Source of the DNA: an uncultured Acidobacteriota bacterium
GTDB taxonomy: Bacteria; Acidobacteriota; UBA6911
Reading direction: 5' to 3'
Assembly: GCA_963843575.1 (NCBI GenBank)
Contig: CAWJKZ010000012.1
Location: 128,001-192,000, forward strand
DNA length: 64,000 nt
Below are positions 60,599 through 64,000 of this stretch, in pieces. The notes beneath the pieces are model-generated. The model was not told the origin of the DNA. It searched no databases and worked only from the letters and a program-made list of their open reading frames with translations. The position numbers and the translations under genes were made by a program. Every line of letters starts with the position of its first letter. The stretch's first letter is position 1.

Positions 60599-61273
60599 GT
60601 GCGCATCCTGGTGGTCGAAGACGACAAGAAGGTGGCCGGTTTCATCCAGCAGGGATTGAGCCAGGAGAGCCACGCCGTCGACGTGGTGAACGACGGCGAA
60701 ACGGCGGCCTACCAGGCCGAGAGTTTCCCCTACGACCTGGTCATCCTGGACTTGATGCTGCCGCGCCTCCCCGGCCTGCAGGTCCTGCAGCGCATCCGGG
60801 CGAAGCACCCGGGGCTGCCGGTGCTCATCCTGACCGCGAAGAGCGACCTGCAGGACAAGGTCGCCGGCCTGGACAGCGGCGCCGACGATTACCTCATCAA
60901 ACCCTTCGCCTACGCCGAACTCTCCGCCCGTGTCCGCGCGCTGCTCCGGCGGTTCACCAAAGAGGACGTCTGCCTGCGGGTCGCCGACCTCGAGATGGAC
61001 ACCACGACCCGGGTGGTCCGACGGGGCGGCCGGCGCATCGAGCTGAAGCCCAAGGAATACGCTCTGCTCGAGTTTCTCCTCAGGAACGCTCACGCGCCCG
61101 TAACCCGCAACATGATCATCGAGCACGTGTGGGACATCCACTTCGACGCGATCAGCAACGTCGTCGACGTGCACATCAACTGGCTGCGCAACAAGGTCGA
61201 TAGGGGATTCTCACCCCCGCTCATCCACACGCTGCGGGGCGTGGGCTATATCCTGACGGACTCGCGCTCGTGA
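60599..61273 (+). CDS. OmpR-family response regulator (CusR/CzcR-like)
   Basis: ILVVEDD, ILDLMLP, LTAK, GADDYLIKPF, NVVDVHI..LR.K, TLRGVGY. Confidence 0.96.
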   Translation: MRILVVEDDKKVAGFIQQGLSQESHAVDVVNDGETAAYQAESFPYDLVILDLMLPRLPGLQVLQRIRAKHPGLPVLILTAKSDLQDKVAGLDSGADDYLIKPFAYAELSARVRALLRRFTKEDVCLRVADLEMDTTTRVVRRGGRRIELKPKEYALLEFLLRNAHAPVTRNMIIEHVWDIHFDAISNVVDVHINWLRNKVDRGFSPPLIHTLRGVGYILTDSRS

Positions 61274-62718
61274 AACCACTCAAGCTCCGCACCAGGCTCA
61301 CCCTCTTTTACGTCGCGGTCTTCGCGCTGCTGCTCGCCTCGGCCAGCGCGTTCTTCTACCGGTTCCTGGTCTACCAGACGGACAACGACCTGCGCGCGGA
61401 GCTGATCGAACGCTCGGCCGCCCTGCGCGGATACCTGCGCATCGAAGGGGAGCGGGCGACCCTCGTCTATGACACCCGGGACCCGGAGGAGGCCTTTTTC
61501 ATCGGCAACGCCACCCGCTATTACCAAGTCTATGACGCCGAGACCGGGGAGATGGCGGCCCGCTCGCCGCAACTGGAAGCGCTCGGTTTCCAGTACACAC
61601 CCGAGGAGGTCAGGGAGGTCGCCCACGGCCCGGAATTCACCGGTCTGGACACCGAGCAGGTCGATCTCCTGCTCCACAACGACATCGTGCGCTCCCCGGA
61701 AGGTCGCCCCTATCTCCTGCAGGTCGGCGCCCCTCTCGGTCCCCGGGACGCGGTCCTGAACAGGCTCCTGACCTCCATCTTCTGGGCGCTCCCGTCCGGA
61801 ATCGCGCTCGCGCTCATGTCCGGGTGGTGGGTGTCGGGCAGGGTGCTGCGCCCCCTGGCCTCGCTCTCCACCGCCGCCCGCGATATGAGCATCGCGCAAC
61901 TGCACCTGCGGCTGCCCCTGACGGGCGCCGGCGACGAACTCGACCGGCTCGCGGCGGCCTTCAACGAGATGTTCGGCCGCCTGGAACTCGCCGTGCAGCA
62001 GATGAAAGACTTCACCGCCAGCATCTCGCACGAGCTCCGGACCCCGCTGACCGTGCTGAGGGGCGAGGCGGAAATCGCGCTGGCCAGCGCCCGCGGCGAA
62101 CGCGACTACCGGCGGACGCTCGAAAGCCAGCTCGAGGAATTCACCAAGCTCTCACAGCTCATCGACCAGATGCTCACCCTGGCCCGCGCCGAGGCCGGCC
62201 AGATCGACCTGCGGCGCGAAAACGTCAACCTCTCGGCGCTTGCGCGCGCGCTGGTCGACATCATGGAGCCGCTGGCCGCCAGCAAATCCGTCGCCCTCGC
62301 GGCAGCGCCGGGACCCGACGTGGTCATCCCCGGCGACCCCGCGTGGCTCGAGCGCGCAATCCTGAACCTGCTCGACAACGCCGTCAAGTACACGGGCGCC
62401 GACGGCCGCATCGAGGTGACGGTCAGCCGCGCACCGACCGAGGCCCTGCTCGAGGTCCGCGACACCGGCACCGGCATCTCGGCCGAAGCCCTCCCCCACA
62501 TCTTCGAACGCTTTTACCGCGCCGACCCGTCACGATCCAAGGAAACAGACGGCGCCGGCCTCGGCCTCAGCCTCGTCGAGTGGATCGTCAAACAACACCG
62601 CGGACACATCACCGTCGAGAGCAGGCCCGGACTGGGCACCACCGTGCGGGTCGCCCTCCCCCTGGCCGACGCCGGGCTCGCCGGCAGAATCATTAAATGC
62701 AATATAATCGGGCGTTAA
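61270..62718 (+). CDS. Sensor histidine kinase (HAMP-HisKA-HATPase)
   Basis: Two TM helices, DELDRLA..FN.M, SHELRTPL, NLLDNAVKY, DTGTG, GAGLGL. Confidence 0.96.
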   Translation: MKPLKLRTRLTLFYVAVFALLLASASAFFYRFLVYQTDNDLRAELIERSAALRGYLRIEGERATLVYDTRDPEEAFFIGNATRYYQVYDAETGEMAARSPQLEALGFQYTPEEVREVAHGPEFTGLDTEQVDLLLHNDIVRSPEGRPYLLQVGAPLGPRDAVLNRLLTSIFWALPSGIALALMSGWWVSGRVLRPLASLSTAARDMSIAQLHLRLPLTGAGDELDRLAAAFNEMFGRLELAVQQMKDFTASISHELRTPLTVLRGEAEIALASARGERDYRRTLESQLEEFTKLSQLIDQMLTLARAEAGQIDLRRENVNLSALARALVDIMEPLAASKSVALAAAPGPDVVIPGDPAWLERAILNLLDNAVKYTGADGRIEVTVSRAPTEALLEVRDTGTGISAEALPHIFERFYRADPSRSKETDGAGLGLSLVEWIVKQHRGHITVESRPGLGTTVRVALPLADAGLAGRIIKCNIIGR

Positions 62719-62736
62719 TCCTCGCTTAATCCTCCA
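62693..62736 (+). promoter_or_regulatory. Candidate OmpR-family binding site: 11-bp-period direct repeats
   Basis: TTAAAT (62693), ATAATC (62704), TTAATC (62715), TTAATC (62726), with a possible -10 TAGCCT at 62742. Confidence 0.6.
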
Positions 62737-62808
62737 CCTGATAGCCTTTCGTCATCTGAATGCAGCCGCGCGGTGTGGCTGGATTCTCAAAAATAGGAGA
62801 GACGAACC

Positions 62809-63174
62809 ATGAGGAAAATGACGGCGTTGATGACGGGGCTGGTGCTTCTTCTCGCGATGGCGGCACTCGCCCAAGCGTCGGCAAAGGCTACCGCGGCAAA
62901 AGAACACAAGGCGAAGGCCGAAGTCACGCGCCAAGCCAGCGGGACCATCACCTCCACAGACGCCAACACCCTGGTGCTTAGCCACAAGGTCAACGGCAAG
63001 GAACAACAGACCACCTTCACCCTGAACGACCAGACCCACAAACAGGGCGAACTCCGCTCCGGCGAGAAGGCAACCGTGCACTACAAGGTCGAAGGCGACC
63101 AGAACATAGCGACCATGGTCAAGGCCAAGGGCGGCACCATGACCGCTGCCACCTCCAAACCCCACAAGAAGTAA
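62809..63174 (+). CDS. Small secreted OB-fold-like (DUF5666-like) protein
   Basis: AGGAG RBS, signal peptide, GTITSTDANTLVL...TFTL...T....L..G..ATVHY. Confidence 0.75.
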   Translation: MRKMTALMTGLVLLLAMAALAQASAKATAAKEHKAKAEVTRQASGTITSTDANTLVLSHKVNGKEQQTTFTLNDQTHKQGELRSGEKATVHYKVEGDQNIATMVKAKGGTMTAATSKPHKK

Positions 63175-63189
63175 AAACTCTTCGGGCCT

Positions 63190-63234
63190 TTCGAGCCTTC
63201 GGGGTGAATCCGCGAATCCGCCTCGAAGGCTCGA
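63190..63234. terminator. Hairpin between convergent genes
   Basis: TCGAGCCTTCGGGG ... CCTCGAAGGCTCGA. Confidence 0.5.
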
Positions 63235-63265
63235 GTGCACCCTGCATCCACGGGCCTCGTCCGCC

Positions 63266-63994
63266 TCACTCTTCAGGACTTCGGGTTTCCGCCCGCGGGA
63301 ACAACAGCGCCACCCCGATTACCGCCAGCGGCAACGGGATCAGCAGCGCGACAAACAGGCGCTGGACCAGCAAGCGCTCCGTGGCGAAGACCTGGTACAG
63401 GTGGAAGAAATAGGTGAGCCCGCATGCCACCGCCAGCACCAGCACCCCGGCCACCCTCGGCCAACGCCGGCTCAGAAAAGCCCCCAGCAGGAACGGAACC
63501 GCCACGGCCGCCCCCTCCACCAGCAGGGCCGCGGGCTCGCCCGCGTGGCTCAGGACCACAAAGGCCGTCCAGAACAGCCCAAAGGCCAGCAGGACGAACG
63601 ACGCCGCCTGCCTCGCGTCCCAGAAGCTCAGGGCATAGGTGAGGACCGAAACGACCAGCATGAGACACAATACGAGCGACGCCGGCACGAAGTCGTCGCC
63701 CAGGTCCAGACCCTTCCCCCATCTCCGGACCAGCACCGCCGCGACCAGAAAAAAACCGCCCGCCAGATAGGCGCGATAGCCCGCCCGGACGCTCGAGGCC
63801 CGCTGCAAGTCGTCCAGGTCGTGCAGCACGCCGACCTCCCTCAACAGCCCCGGCCCGAACGCCCCCAGCGCAAACAGGAAGAAAAAGCCGACGTGAACCG
63901 CGCTCCCCAGCAGTATGCCCGCGAAAACGAGGACACAGGCCGCAAACCCCACCTTCGAAATCGAAAAACGACGGAAAAAGGACCGAACCCTCAT
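63266..63994 (-). CDS. Integral membrane hypothetical protein
   Basis: 242 aa with about 8 hydrophobic segments. Confidence 0.75.
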   Translation of the reverse strand: MRVRSFFRRFSISKVGFAACVLVFAGILLGSAVHVGFFFLFALGAFGPGLLREVGVLHDLDDLQRASSVRAGYRAYLAGGFFLVAAVLVRRWGKGLDLGDDFVPASLVLCLMLVVSVLTYALSFWDARQAASFVLLAFGLFWTAFVVLSHAGEPAALLVEGAAVAVPFLLGAFLSRRWPRVAGVLVLAVACGLTYFFHLYQVFATERLLVQRLFVALLIPLPLAVIGVALLFPRAETRSPEE

Positions 63995-64000
63995 GCCCCC

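Noticed and set aside
9395-62696. Many long overlapping ORFs (e.g. 9395-11101, 12142-14265, 29478-31451, 41468-43441, 54221-56338)
   Set aside because: These are typical high-GC off-frame or antisense ORFs that overlap well-supported genes.
1-64000. tRNA, rRNA, known riboswitches, prophage or anti-phage defence genes
   Set aside because: I recognised none by eye. A covariance-model search would be needed to exclude small RNAs.

Overview
GC-rich bacterial chromosomal window (by eye about 65-70% GC), most likely Acidobacteriota, based on an ADOP-type duplicated permease, Tat-signal hydrolases and REP-like palindromes. I saw no rRNA, tRNA, CRISPR array, transposase or phage genes. Left end (1-4.7 kb): a giant receiver-PAS-coiled-coil protein with a 138-bp (46-aa) tandem array. 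It is absent from the ORF track and runs off the window edge. Upstream of it lie a PilZ protein and a cold-shock gene with a terminator-like leader. 4.8-19 kb: penicillin-acylase-family amidase, a PurF lacking its glutaminase catalytic residues, a TPR lipoprotein, a GHL6 hydrolase, a methyltransferase, an Lrp-amtB operon, a Tat-signal formamidase/acetamidase and a Gfo/Idh/MocA oxidoreductase. 19-54 kb: a large glycan/amino-sugar utilisation region with a ROK regulator, two GH20 paralogues, a heparinase II-like lyase, GH42, DUF4091, SSS and MFS transporters, an M20 deacylase, a URO-D/MtaA-like protein, DUF5107-TPR, two paralogous secreted transglutaminase-fold (Cys-His-Asp) proteins and a YetA/RG-lyase-like protein. 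This region carries roughly 30 apparent frameshifts, probably long-read indel errors. Right end: ADOP permease, amidohydrolase, secreted proteins, and an OmpR-family two-component system with a probable target gene. Several families of small non-coding repeats occur, including two AT-rich MITE-like elements that each supply the same C-terminal GDGPR-stop to unrelated genes. All product calls come from motif recognition by eye, not from database searches.
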